In this document: positions 45,977-54,334 of the stretch, one piece after another | How positions within the stretch are numbered: the first letter of the stretch is position 1 | Layout: the number at the start of each line of letters is the position of its first letter | DNA from: a virus | Taxonomy: Duplodnaviria; Caudoviricetes | Length of the DNA stretch: 64,000 nt | IMG/VR virus record: IMGVR_UViG_3300036805_000175 | Location: 12,654 to 76,653 of that record | Direction: 5' to 3' (one strand) | Notes under the pieces: model-generated | The model's database searches: none | Told to the model about the DNA's origin: nothing | Seen by the model: only the letters and a program-made list of their open reading frames with translations | Translations under genes and position numbers: made by a program

Positions 45977-46392
45977 GGCTTCGCTCCCGTCGCTGAGGCC
46001 CGTGCCCGCGCCTCCAGGAACCGGCACGCAGCCGCGCACCCGTTCACCCCGGCTACTGCGGCAGCCAGAGCGGCGGCATCCGCGGGGTGCCGGAGCGCAA
46101 TCCGGCCCTGGAGGCCCTGAAGGTCGGTGAGGAGTGCTGAGGCCCGGGATGCGAGAGTGCCGAGCTTGTCGGCTAGCGGGGACGGGGTGACGCTCATGCC
46201 ACGCTCCTTCGGGTCATGGCGCTGCAAGCTGCCCGTGCTGGCACGGAGCCGCCGCTCGTACCGCTCCGCCGTCCGCCGGCTCAGGCCCATCCGGGCCGCC
46301 GCCCGCTCAGGCGTCTCCCCGAAGTCACGGGTCAGTTCCCGGTAGTCCTCCAGCCGGGCCAGCGTCCGCGCCAGCGTGCCCATGCACGTCAC
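45973..46392 (-). CDS. HTH protein, with a probable internal start at 46197
   Basis: ERAAARMGLSRRTAERY HTH; AAGGAG before ATG 46197. Confidence 0.5.
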   Translation of the reverse strand: MTCMGTLARTLARLEDYRELTRDFGETPERAAARMGLSRRTAERYERRLRASTGSLQRHDPKERGMSVTPSPLADKLGTLASRASALLTDLQGLQGRIALRHPADAAALAAAVAGVNGCAAACRFLEARARASATGAKP

Positions 46393-46727
46393 CGTTCCGC
46401 CCTCCTCGCCTCGAGCATCGCCTCGAGCCCGGCCCGCGCGGCCCGGTACTCCTCGTTCGGCGGGACACCGCAGCGAGGGACACCCAGCGCCGTCACATGC
46501 CCGGCACGGTCGTCCCGGACACGCCCCAGGATGCCGGCCGGCGTCACCCGGACCGGGGTGCAGCGGTAGTGCTCGAACACCGCGGCCATGGCCTCGTCCA
46601 GGCTCAGGTTCGGCACCCACGGGTTACCCAGGCTGTCCGCCCACGTGGCCAGGGACGCCTCCGGGTCCAGCGTCTCGTCCCAGCTGCGGGCGAACTCCAG
46701 CAGTTCGCGCACCTCGGCCTCGGTCAC
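46389..46727 (-). CDS. G39P-like helicase loader/inhibitor
   Basis: LATWADSL..LDEAMAAVFEHY..TPAGI; lies in the replication module. Confidence 0.5.
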   Translation of the reverse strand: MTEAEVRELLEFARSWDETLDPEASLATWADSLGNPWVPNLSLDEAMAAVFEHYRCTPVRVTPAGILGRVRDDRAGHVTALGVPRCGVPPNEEYRAARAGLEAMLEARRAER

Positions 46728-46951
46728 GCGACATCGCCTCCGAACATGGCAGGCTGGATCGGTTTGTCCAGGCGCTTGCGGATCAGCTCGGCGTAGGCCG
46801 GGTCCTTCTCGATCAGCAGGCAGCGGAAGCCCTCCACGATGCACGCCTCGGCCGTCGTGCCGCTGCCCGCGAACGGGTCCAGGACAAGACCATCCGGCGG
46901 CGTGATGAGCCGCACCAGCCACGCCATGAGGTCGACAGGCTTGACGGTCAA
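46724..46951 (-). CDS. N6/N4 DNA methyltransferase C-terminal fragment (SAM-binding motif I)
   Basis: TTG start; TVKPVDLMAWLVRLITPPDGLVLDPFAGSGTT..IEKD. Confidence 0.8.
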   Translation of the reverse strand: MTVKPVDLMAWLVRLITPPDGLVLDPFAGSGTTAEACIVEGFRCLLIEKDPAYAELIRKRLDKPIQPAMFGGDVA

Positions 46952-47046
46952 GTCGGATGGGCAATGTGCCCACCCGTCTCCGGCATCACCTCCTCGAAGT
47001 AGGCGTGCAGGTGCGCGGGGACTTGTTCGGGGCGCAGGTCACGCAT
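46948..47046 (-). CDS. 32-aa methyltransferase middle fragment ending HPT
   Basis: MRDLRPEQVPAHLHAYFEEVMPETGGHIAHPT*; its TGA overlaps the TTG of the next fragment; not in the ORF track. Confidence 0.45.
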   Translation of the reverse strand: MRDLRPEQVPAHLHAYFEEVMPETGGHIAHPT

Positions 47047-47092
47047 AACTCATCACCGCGATTGGCTTAATGATCCTTGATAGGCTGGGCGA

Positions 47093-47848
47093 ATGGCGAA
47101 GGGACAGCTTGGCTACAAGATCCGTACGATCCGCTGCGCTGGCTGCCCGGCCGTAGTGACTGGGCACTTCCCACCCGGCCAGCGCTACTGCTCGGCCGCC
47201 TGCTACTGGGCGGCTGACCGCCCGAAACGGCGGACTGGGCAGACGCTCAACTGCGGGCAGTGTGGCCACCCGTTCTACGTCCCGCGCGGCCGGGCCGGCA
47301 CGGCGCGGTTCTGCTCGGCCGCCTGCCAGATTGCGTGGCAGGGACGCAACAAGACGGAGCACATCTGCAAGGTTTGCGGTGCGGCGTTCCACTGGTCGCC
47401 AAGTCGCAGCGGCGGCGGCAAGTACAACATCACGTACTGCTCGCTGTCCTGCCGCGATGCCGACCCCGAGCGCACGGCCATGCTCCGCGAGATGAATGCA
47501 GTTCAGCAGACACGCCGCACCACGAATGCCGAGCGCATCGGCTACGGGCTGTTGTCCGCGCTCGGTATCGCCCATGAGCCACAGGCCATGTTCGCCGGGA
47601 AGTTCTGCGTCGACGCGCTGCTGCCCAGTTATCGCGCCGTGGTGCAGTTTGACGGCGACTACTGGCACGACCGCAAGGGCACTAGCGCTGAGCCGAGGAT
47701 CAGGCACAGAGTGGCGCTCGACGGTTCCCAGGACGCTTACATGCGCGCCTGCGGCTGGACTGTCCTGCGGCTCTGGGAATCCGACCTCAAGGGCGAGCCG
47801 GCCATGTGCGCGGAGAAGATTAGGCAGCATCTACGCCTGCCTTCCTGA
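47093..47848 (+). CDS. Vsr/DUF559-like endonuclease with N-terminal Zn-finger repeats (homing-endonuclease-like)
   Basis: YCSAAC/FCSAAC/YCSLSC repeats; VDALL..VVQFDGDYWH..QDAYMRACGWTVLRLWESD; leaderless TAGGCT at 47081-86. Confidence 0.85.
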   Translation: MAKGQLGYKIRTIRCAGCPAVVTGHFPPGQRYCSAACYWAADRPKRRTGQTLNCGQCGHPFYVPRGRAGTARFCSAACQIAWQGRNKTEHICKVCGAAFHWSPSRSGGGKYNITYCSLSCRDADPERTAMLREMNAVQQTRRTTNAERIGYGLLSALGIAHEPQAMFAGKFCVDALLPSYRAVVQFDGDYWHDRKGTSAEPRIRHRVALDGSQDAYMRACGWTVLRLWESDLKGEPAMCAEKIRQHLRLPS

Positions 47849-49031
47849 GTTCCGCCATCACGTAGGCGCGCTCATCCTCGGTCAGGTCGGCACGCAGCCG
47901 CAGGACGGTGTTCTTGATCCGCGGCCGCTCGGCACTGCCGGCCTTGGGCTCGTAGCGGAACACGGGGAAGAACCGGGACGCGCCGCCTGAGTCGGCATAC
48001 ATGCTGCCCGGTGTGCCGGCCCCGGGGAAACTGGTCGCTCTAGGATTGCCGTTTGGCCCGTGATCTACGGCGCTGTAGACGCCGCTGCTCTTGAGCTTCC
48101 CGCTCTGCCGGTCCAGTTCCTCTGCGGCTTCTGGGCCGAGCAGGACGTTCGGCGGCCAGCGGCCCATGCCGTCATGAGGCGCAGGCTGCACGGCCCCGGC
48201 CCCATCCGTGCCGCCTGCAAGACGGCCAGCCGCATATGTCCTCGTCCCCGCCGCCCGCTTGTCCTGCGGGGAACCCACCCGGCACCCGCCTACGTTCACC
48301 GCCCCCGTGCCGTGCTCCACCACGTTCGCGGCAACGGTCCCCCGGAGTGGCTTACGGGCGAGCCACCACATCTCGTGGCCCGGCTTGAGCGCGGTTCCCC
48401 AGCCGTCCCAGCGGGCGGCGTTCTCAGTAGCGGGAGCGGTCACGGGAATCTCGCCCGGCAGGCCAAGACGGTCACCGTAGACCTCTGGTGAGGCGTTCGG
48501 TCGGGCACGGGCACCTCGCGTCCCGTCTGGGAACTGCGGGCGTGTGCCGACTACCTCTCGCGCAGCACCGGCCGCCCTGTCGATGGCCTTGGACACGTCC
48601 AGCGACTTCGGGAAGCCCGAGCCGAACAGGTGCGTCACGCAGTCGCGGATCTCCAGCCCGGCGTCCTCGATCGCCCAGGCCGTCCAGTGCGAGGTGCGCG
48701 GGATGGACCAGACCAGAGCGTGCGCGCCGGGCTTCATCACGCGCATCGCCTCGGCCAGGACGGCGGTCAGCCACTCCACGAAAGCCCCGCGCTCGCCGTG
48801 CCCGTACTCCGGGCCACGGGCAGACGTGTGGCCGGACACGTCACCACGGCCCACGTCGGCAGGGTTGCGGGCCCGGCGGAAGTCATCCCACTCGCGGCCC
48901 ATGAACGCAATTCCCGCTGGAGGGTCGGTGACTACCGCGTCGACGCTGGCAGCCTCCAGGGTGGGCAGCACAGTGAGGCAGTCCCCGAGGTGCAGCGTCA
49001 CCCGGTCGTCCGCCCAGTATGCCTCGGTCAT
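47820..49031 (-). CDS. N6/N4 DNA methyltransferase N-terminal fragment (catalytic motif IV + TRD)
   Basis: GDCL..SVDAVVTDPPAG; GSGFPKS; GWGTALKP; GRWPPNV; ASRFF..YEPKA; no FxGxG motif. Confidence 0.85.
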   Translation of the reverse strand: MTEAYWADDRVTLHLGDCLTVLPTLEAASVDAVVTDPPAGIAFMGREWDDFRRARNPADVGRGDVSGHTSARGPEYGHGERGAFVEWLTAVLAEAMRVMKPGAHALVWSIPRTSHWTAWAIEDAGLEIRDCVTHLFGSGFPKSLDVSKAIDRAAGAAREVVGTRPQFPDGTRGARARPNASPEVYGDRLGLPGEIPVTAPATENAARWDGWGTALKPGHEMWWLARKPLRGTVAANVVEHGTGAVNVGGCRVGSPQDKRAAGTRTYAAGRLAGGTDGAGAVQPAPHDGMGRWPPNVLLGPEAAEELDRQSGKLKSSGVYSAVDHGPNGNPRATSFPGAGTPGSMYADSGGASRFFPVFRYEPKAGSAERPRIKNTVLRLRADLTEDERAYVMAELRKAGVDAA

Positions 49032-49702
49032 GCCGCGCTCCCGTACCGCCGGTCGCTGCCCTTGAGCACGACGCGCGTGGTCATCTCCGTGAGCCGGGAC
49101 GCCACCCGCTCCCCCAGCGCGCCGGCCAGGTCACGCGGCGGGATGTTCGAGGTGAACAGGGTCGGCAGCGCGTGCTCGTAGCGGTGGTTCACCAGCCGGT
49201 AGTTGACCTCCTCCACCCATTCGCTGCTCTTGGCCGCGCCCAGGTCGTCCAGCACCAGCAGGCCAGCGCCGCCGACCGCGGCGAACTCGGCCTCGGAGTC
49301 GACGCCGTGCCGTGGCCGCATCCGCGCGTACAGGTCGGCGGCCGGGATGGCCACCCACCGGGAGCGGATGCCGCACGCGGCCAGCCCGCGGATGACGCCG
49401 TACGCCTCATGCGTTTTGCCCGTCCCCGTGGGCCCGAGCAGCAGCAGCGAGGGACCGCCGTCGACGGAGGCGACCACGCGCCGCCGGGCCAGGGCGTGCC
49501 GCACCAGCACGGCCACCCACGTGCGCACACCCTCGTCGGTGGCCAGGGCCGTGGCGTAGCGGGCCGGGATGCGCGACATGGCCTGGCTGAACGCCTCGGC
49601 GGCACCGTAGTCGCCGTCGTCGGCGGCCAGGGACGCGGAGTCGATGCCGCTGCCGGCCAGGAACTCCTCGCGCCATGCGGCGAGGTCGCTGGGAAGGTTC
49701 AC
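49028..49702 (-). CDS. DnaC/IstB-like ATPase (helicase loader)
   Basis: GPTGTGKT; LLVLDDLGA; NHRY..PTLFTSN; RVASRL. Confidence 0.9.
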   Translation of the reverse strand: MNLPSDLAAWREEFLAGSGIDSASLAADDGDYGAAEAFSQAMSRIPARYATALATDEGVRTWVAVLVRHALARRRVVASVDGGPSLLLLGPTGTGKTHEAYGVIRGLAACGIRSRWVAIPAADLYARMRPRHGVDSEAEFAAVGGAGLLVLDDLGAAKSSEWVEEVNYRLVNHRYEHALPTLFTSNIPPRDLAGALGERVASRLTEMTTRVVLKGSDRRYGSAA

Positions 49703-50577
49703 CGGGGACGCAACTCCTCGTTGTAGACGGACGGGTCGGCGGGGTTGCGGAAGGTCTGGTGACCCTGCTCGCTGGTCCCGCCACCACCGTTGGTTATGCC
49801 GTTGACGAAGCTCGCCAGCGTGGACGGATGCTTGGCCGCGATACGCCACTGCTCAAGGCCGGCCCGGATGTCGTCCGTTTCCTGGCCCTCGTCGAGCAGC
49901 TTCTTGAGCTCTGCGGATATCTGGCCGATCACCCGGTCGGGTGGGCGCTTGCGGCAGGCGCGAATCCATTCAGCGACGAGCGTTCCGGCTGTCGCCGTTG
50001 TGGCTTGCTCGGTCCGCGCTGCCTGCGCCGGCGTAGCCGGAACGGGTTTGGGTTCGGGTATGGGCGCTATCTCGTTAGAGATAGCCCGGTGCGCCGGCGC
50101 GCGCGAGCCATCACTTGCCATCGGCTTGCCAGCAACGTCATGGCTACCCTTTGGCAAGTTGTCAGGATTGGATGGCAAATTGCTATCGGGCTTTGACTCC
50201 GGGCCATCCGCGTCACGCTTGGCCCACCGCGCCTGAGCACCGCGCCGGCCTGCTTGCGCCCGTGCCTCACGCGTCTTCGGCGTCGGCAGGTACTGGTCGA
50301 AGTCGTGGATCAGCCACCCGTCGCCCTCGTCGCGGGATTCCCAGAGTTCTTCCTTGACGAGCAGCGCGGCGAGCTCGCGCGCACCCGGCCCGAGGTAGCG
50401 CCGCGGCAGGTGCGCGGGAAGCAGGCCCGGCGTCTTGCCTTTGCGGAGCGTGTTGCGGTGCGCCCAGGTCAGGCAGAGAGTCCATAGGCCGATAGCGGCA
50501 CCGCCCTGCTCGTGGTCGAGCAAGGCGAGCACCTTGGGGTGGTCGTCGAACGCATCGTCAATGCGCGCCCACGCCAT
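49699..50577 (-). CDS. Replication initiator (replisome organiser)
   Basis: MAWARIDDAFDDHPKV..GLW..GWLIHDFDQY N-terminal wHTH; directly upstream of the DnaC-like gene. Confidence 0.8.
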   Translation of the reverse strand: MAWARIDDAFDDHPKVLALLDHEQGGAAIGLWTLCLTWAHRNTLRKGKTPGLLPAHLPRRYLGPGARELAALLVKEELWESRDEGDGWLIHDFDQYLPTPKTREARAQAGRRGAQARWAKRDADGPESKPDSNLPSNPDNLPKGSHDVAGKPMASDGSRAPAHRAISNEIAPIPEPKPVPATPAQAARTEQATTATAGTLVAEWIRACRKRPPDRVIGQISAELKKLLDEGQETDDIRAGLEQWRIAAKHPSTLASFVNGITNGGGGTSEQGHQTFRNPADPSVYNEELRPR

Positions 50578-50778
50578 CAGCAGGTGGCTTCCTCGTGCCA
50601 GGAACCCTTCGAGAGCACTCAGGGCACCTCTCCAGTCGGGTGTCATTGGTTGGCCTACGATCTGTGCGAACATCTCCGTTCTGTTATACCATCACGGAGA
50701 CCGGCTCGTAAGAGCGTAGCGGATATCATGGGGTTCTGCACACTGGCCAGAACGGGAAGACATGTCATGATGGAGTGC

Positions 50779-51027
50779 GTGAGCGACCTGACCGAAGCGC
50801 GCCTGACCAAGGCGGCCCGCACCTATGCCCGGCTGCGGGACCAGTTCTCTGACGCCCGCAAGGAACTGACTGCGGCGATCGTGGCCGAGCGCAGGGAAGG
50901 CGCGAAGATCGAGGACATCACGGCCCGGGTGCCGATCCGGCAGACCCAGGTGAACCGCATCCTCGAGGCGGCCGGCCTTACCGAGAAGCGGCCCCGGCCG
51001 CTGCGCTCCGTTGACGACGGCTCCTGA
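50779..51027 (+). CDS. Small HTH regulator (antisense moron)
   Basis: IEDITARVPIRQTQVNRIL; CATGAT 7 nt before GTG. Confidence 0.6.
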   Translation: MSDLTEARLTKAARTYARLRDQFSDARKELTAAIVAERREGAKIEDITARVPIRQTQVNRILEAAGLTEKRPRPLRSVDDGS

Positions 51028-51154
51028 CTTCATCCGGCCATCTCCCTCGCTGCCCGTGCGTTCTGGTCCAGCAGCGCGATAGCTGCCTGGGTGTCCTCAG
51101 GCAGCGGCTCAGGCGCAGCGAGGACGACATGCGGGAAGGGCACTCCGGCGGGGC

Positions 51155-52810
51155 TCACGCGGCGACCTCCGTCCGCACACGGTCAAGCAGCAACGACAGG
51201 GCCAGGGCCGCCTGGGCCGGGACCACCCCGTTGCCGAGAGCCTTGAGCTGGGCGTTGCGGGACAGGCCGGGCACGTCCGTGACCCAGCCCGCAGGCAGGC
51301 CCATTAGCCACTCGACGAACGCCGGGCTCAGCCGCTGCCCAGTTCGTCCAGGCTCAGTTGGCCGGGGTGCTGGGCATCCGGTGACAGCTTCCCAGCGGCC
51401 GATGGCTGGCCCGTAAGCGCGCCAATCAAGGTCGGACTGCCCGAGGGCATCGTTACGCTCATCCGGTCCCCGTCCGCCGCCATGGGAGTCGGCAGGAGCA
51501 CTTCCCCCTGCGGTCTGCCCTCGTCGGTCCGCTCGGCACCCAGCGAGTACATCGTCTCCGTCCCCGATGCGCCGCGCGCTGCCCGTGGTGTCGGCAGCAG
51601 CACCTGCGACAGCGGCGGCCGGAATCCCTCGCTCGCCCTGCGGCCCGGTGTCCCTGTGTCGGATGCCCTCGGAGTGGGCAAGAGCGGAGGCCCGGACCTC
51701 GGCTGGGTCGGTGCCGTCCTCGAAGCTGTTCCACGGGCCGTCAGGGCGTCCGAGTTCGGGGTCGGCGCAGTTTCCGCCGCATGGCCCGGCGCAGAATCCC
51801 CCGGCGTCGTGGGCATAGTCGGGGCATCCGCAGGATGGGCACCGGGACTCGCCGGGCCCGATGCTCCAAGGCTCATGACCGCGCTCGGCAGCATCAGGTC
51901 CCCCGAACTCCCCCGCTGGTTCGGTCCGCCCTTCGTGCCGTCCGTCGCCCGGGGCGTCGGCAGGAGCTCGCACTCCACCTGGTCGGCCAGCGTCGGCCCG
52001 TGGCCACCCTCCCGGCGCTTGTCCGGGTGCTGGCTGCCGCCGTTCACCGCCAGCTGCGCGGTCGGGGTCTTGAGCAGGTGCGCCGTGACGGTCGCCAGGT
52101 TGCGCGCCCGCTTCGTGCCAGACGGCCGCTGGCCGCCGTCGTGCTCCTCGGGTGACGCGCCCCCGCCCTTCGCCTGTGGCCGTGGCGTCGGCAGCAGGCC
52201 AGGCGAGGATGAAGATGCGCTTGCGCTGATGGGGAGCACCGGCATCGGATGCGCGCACGCAGAGCCAAGTCCCCACGTACCCGATTGCGGCCAGGTCAGC
52301 GGTGACTCCGGCAAGTCCTCGAACAACGAGGGCAGCCACGTTCTCCAGGAAGACGAGGCCCGGTCGAAGCGAGCGAACGGCACGCACGACCTCCGGCCAG
52401 AGCCATCGTTCATCTGCTTCTCCTAGTCGCTTGCCCGCGAGGGATATCGGCTGGCACGGGAACCCGGCCGTCAGGATGTCCACGGGCTCTGCCGCAGCCC
52501 AGTCCGTCTCGCTGATGTCCCCGAGGTTCTTAGCGGCGGGGAAGCGGTGCGCGAGGATGGCCGCCGCCCCCGGGTCGTTGTCCGCGACCCAGGCGAGCTT
52601 GCCGCCGAGCACCTGATGCACGGCCATCCCCAGGCCCTCGTAGCCAGAGCACAGGCTGCCGATGCGGAGCTGGCTGCCACCGGCCGGGGCACCTTCCCCG
52701 GGTATCCCGGCCGGCGCAGTCTGGTCCCGCAGCGGCAGGGGGGGCGGCGCCGCTGCGGGAGTCTGGCCGGGAGCAGCGAGCGCGGTCTCTGCTCCCGGAG
52801 TCACGGTGTC
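51155..52810 (-). CDS. dcm: C5 cytosine DNA methyltransferase
   Basis: LCSGYEG, GDI, AGFPCQ, ENV, PHQRKRIF, LSPAFVEWLMGLP, LGNGVVP. Confidence 0.92.
   Translation of the reverse strand, partial: DTVTPGAETALAAPGQTPAAAPPPLPLRDQTAPAGIPGEGAPAGGSQLRIGSLCSGYEGLGMAVHQVLGGKLAWVADNDPGAAAILAHRFPAAKNLGDISETDWAAAEPVDILTAGFPCQPISLAGKRLGEADERWLWPEVVRAVRSLRPGLVFLENVAALVVRGLAGVTADLAAIGYVGTWLCVRASDAGAPHQRKRIFILAWPAADATATGEGRGRVTRGARRRPAAVWHEAGAQPGDRHGAPAQDPDRAAGGERRQPAPGQAPGGWPRADAGRPGGVRAPADAPGDGRHEGRTEPAGEFGGPDAAERGHEPWSIGPGESRCPSCGCPDYAHDAGGFCAGPCGGNCADPELGRPDGPWNSFEDGTDPAEVRASALAHSEGIRHRDTGPQGERGIPAAAVAGAAADTTGSARRIGDGDDVLAGCRADRRGQTAGGSAPADSHGGGRGPDERNDALGQSDLDWRAYGPAIGRWEAVTGCPAPRPTEPGRTGQRLSPAFVEWLMGLPAGWVTDVPGLSRNAQLKALGNGVVPAQAALALSLLLDRVRTEVAA
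51328..52413 (-). CDS. Overlapping alternative-frame protein with LLPTP repeats
   Basis: AGGAGAAG RBS before ATG 52413; FDRASSSWRT..LFEDL..TWPQSG; six LL[P/K]TP units. Confidence 0.6.
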   Translation of the reverse strand: MNDGSGRRSCVPFARFDRASSSWRTWLPSLFEDLPESPLTWPQSGTWGLGSACAHPMPVLPISASASSSSPGLLPTPRPQAKGGGASPEEHDGGQRPSGTKRARNLATVTAHLLKTPTAQLAVNGGSQHPDKRREGGHGPTLADQVECELLPTPRATDGTKGGPNQRGSSGDLMLPSAVMSLGASGPASPGAHPADAPTMPTTPGDSAPGHAAETAPTPNSDALTARGTASRTAPTQPRSGPPLLPTPRASDTGTPGRRASEGFRPPLSQVLLPTPRAARGASGTETMYSLGAERTDEGRPQGEVLLPTPMAADGDRMSVTMPSGSPTLIGALTGQPSAAGKLSPDAQHPGQLSLDELGSG

Positions 52811-52926
52811 CATGGCGTCTCCCACGGGCTGGCCGCACGTTCCCGCAGGACCGTGAGGTGTCTCCGGTGCCACAGGAGCGCGTGCAGGGTGGCAAGAGCG
52901 GCAGCGAGGAGCAGGGCAGTCTTCAC
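52801..52926 (-). CDS. Small TM peptide
   Basis: AGGAGAG RBS; hydrophobic N-terminus. Confidence 0.45.
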   Translation of the reverse strand: MKTALLLAAALATLHALLWHRRHLTVLRERAASPWETPWTP

Positions 52927-53183
52927 GTGGTCTCTCCTGTCGCTGCGCTTGTGGGCCCGCACCCCTTCGGCGGCAACCGTGGCGGGTCGTGGTTGATGAG
53001 CCCGGTCATGGCCAGCAGCAGCACCCGCTCGGCCTTCGTCCGGCCGTACCGGGCACACTGGCGGGCTGCCGCATACAGGTCAGCGGGTTCCAGCCACATC
53101 GGCCCCATGGTGGCCTCGGCCGCAGCGGCGACGAGCGCGGTGTTGCGGCGGCGTATCGCCGGGGTGATCTTCCGGAGTGTCAC
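52923..53183 (-). CDS. Hypothetical protein
   Basis: GGAGG RBS; GTGA coupling. Confidence 0.5.
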   Translation of the reverse strand: MTLRKITPAIRRRNTALVAAAAEATMGPMWLEPADLYAAARQCARYGRTKAERVLLLAMTGLINHDPPRLPPKGCGPTSAATGETT

Positions 53184-53380
53184 GGAGCCACCTCCGCGTA
53201 CGCCCTGCACCCGCAAGGCCCGCGCGCCCCGGTGACCGAGCACGCCGTGCGCTTCCCCTTGGTGCCGATGTCGTGTGCCGCAATTCCGTGACCGCATTCG
53301 CAGACCTCCGGCAGCGGCCAGGGCTGGTGGCACGTCGGGCACCGGCGGAGCGTGTCTGCGGCCTGCTCTGCGCTGGTCAC
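53180..53380 (-). CDS. Small Zn-binding protein
   Basis: CPTC, CECGH..H..C..CGC. Confidence 0.55.
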   Translation of the reverse strand: MTSAEQAADTLRRCPTCHQPWPLPEVCECGHGIAAHDIGTKGKRTACSVTGARGPCGCRAYAEVAP

Positions 53381-53649
53381 GGCCGTCCTTCCCGCCGCTG
53401 CGGGTACACGGGTTCGGGTGCTGGCTGGCCATCCAGGGCGTGCTCCAGGCCTTCGAGCACGGCCCGTTCCCGTCCGGTCAGGTGCTCGCCGTCGCGCTCC
53501 CGGCCATAGCGGCAGGGTCCACGGCACTGGCGGCAGCGGGGGTTTCTGCGGAGCGTCCGGGGCTTCTGGCCTGGGTGGAGGTAACGAACCGCGGCGAGGA
53601 AGAAGAGGACCGCCGCGGCGAGGAACGGGATCCACAGCCAGCTGCCCAT
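53377..53649 (-). CDS. Small TM protein
   Basis: MGSWLWIPFLAAAVLFFLAA. Confidence 0.5.
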   Translation of the reverse strand: MGSWLWIPFLAAAVLFFLAAVRYLHPGQKPRTLRRNPRCRQCRGPCRYGRERDGEHLTGRERAVLEGLEHALDGQPAPEPVYPQRREGRP

Positions 53650-53710
53650 CACGCCACCGCCCGGATGGCGCCAGCGGTGGCAGCGGCGGAGGGAAGCCAG
53701 GACGGGATGC

Positions 53711-54334
53711 TCATGCTGCACCTCCGAACAGGAGGCCCTGGCCGTTGGCTTTGCGCAGCCAGCCCAGGAGTTTGGGCAGGTTCTCGTCCGGCCCGAAAGC
53801 CAGGTAGGTGCCATCAGCGCTGTCGCAGCCGATGTAGCGGGCGTATTCGAGCCGCCGCAGGGAGTTGACGCGCCCCATGTGGACGCGCTTGCCCAGGGCT
53901 TTCGCCTGCTCCGCCAGGTCCTTTGCCGCCGGGCCGAGTTTCCATGCCGTGTCGCCGCCGAGGAACAGGACATCGAACGTGTCCCACGGCACGGTCAGGT
54001 CTTCCAGGCCGTTCTGGGCGGCGAGGGCGGCCGGGTAGCCCAGAGCGCGGATGCCGTCCATGAGCGGCAGCGACTCAGCCAGGGTCGCCTTCGCGTCGAA
54101 CGGCACATCGGGAGCGACCGCGAACCAGCACCGGCCGGCCGCATGGGAACGGGCGGCCAGGAATGCATGCCAGGCAGCCAGGCCGGGCCATCCGCTGCCG
54201 AACTTCCCGTTGTCGGCGGCCCACTGGATGTCCTTAGGCAGGAGGTTGCCCTGCGCGGGCGTGTCGATCATGCCGAGCATGCCCTGGCGCATGAAGGCGC
54301 GGATCTGCGCGGTTGACGGGGTGGCGAAGTACAT
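53711..54334 (-). CDS. TGT/DpdA-like TIM-barrel protein (putative deazaguanine transglycosylase)
   Basis: WAADNG, VAPDVPFD, AAQNG, LFLGG, VHMGRVNS, DSADGT; TGATG-coupled to the VUT gene. Confidence 0.6.
   Translation of the reverse strand: MYFATPSTAQIRAFMRQGMLGMIDTPAQGNLLPKDIQWAADNGKFGSGWPGLAAWHAFLAARSHAAGRCWFAVAPDVPFDAKATLAESLPLMDGIRALGYPAALAAQNGLEDLTVPWDTFDVLFLGGDTAWKLGPAAKDLAEQAKALGKRVHMGRVNSLRRLEYARYIGCDSADGTYLAFGPDENLPKLLGWLRKANGQGLLFGGAA

Noticed and set aside
47039-47830. 263-aa minus-strand ORF bridging the methyltransferase pieces
   Set aside because: It is the shadow of the endonuclease gene, has no MTase motifs, and stops before the C-terminal fragment.
46948-47848. Group I/II intron or IS200/IS605 footprint explaining the split methyltransferase
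   Set aside because: I recognised no intron core or domain V, the embedded ORF is antisense, and IS605-type elements do not leave 5-nt footprints. Splicing is not excluded without RT-PCR.
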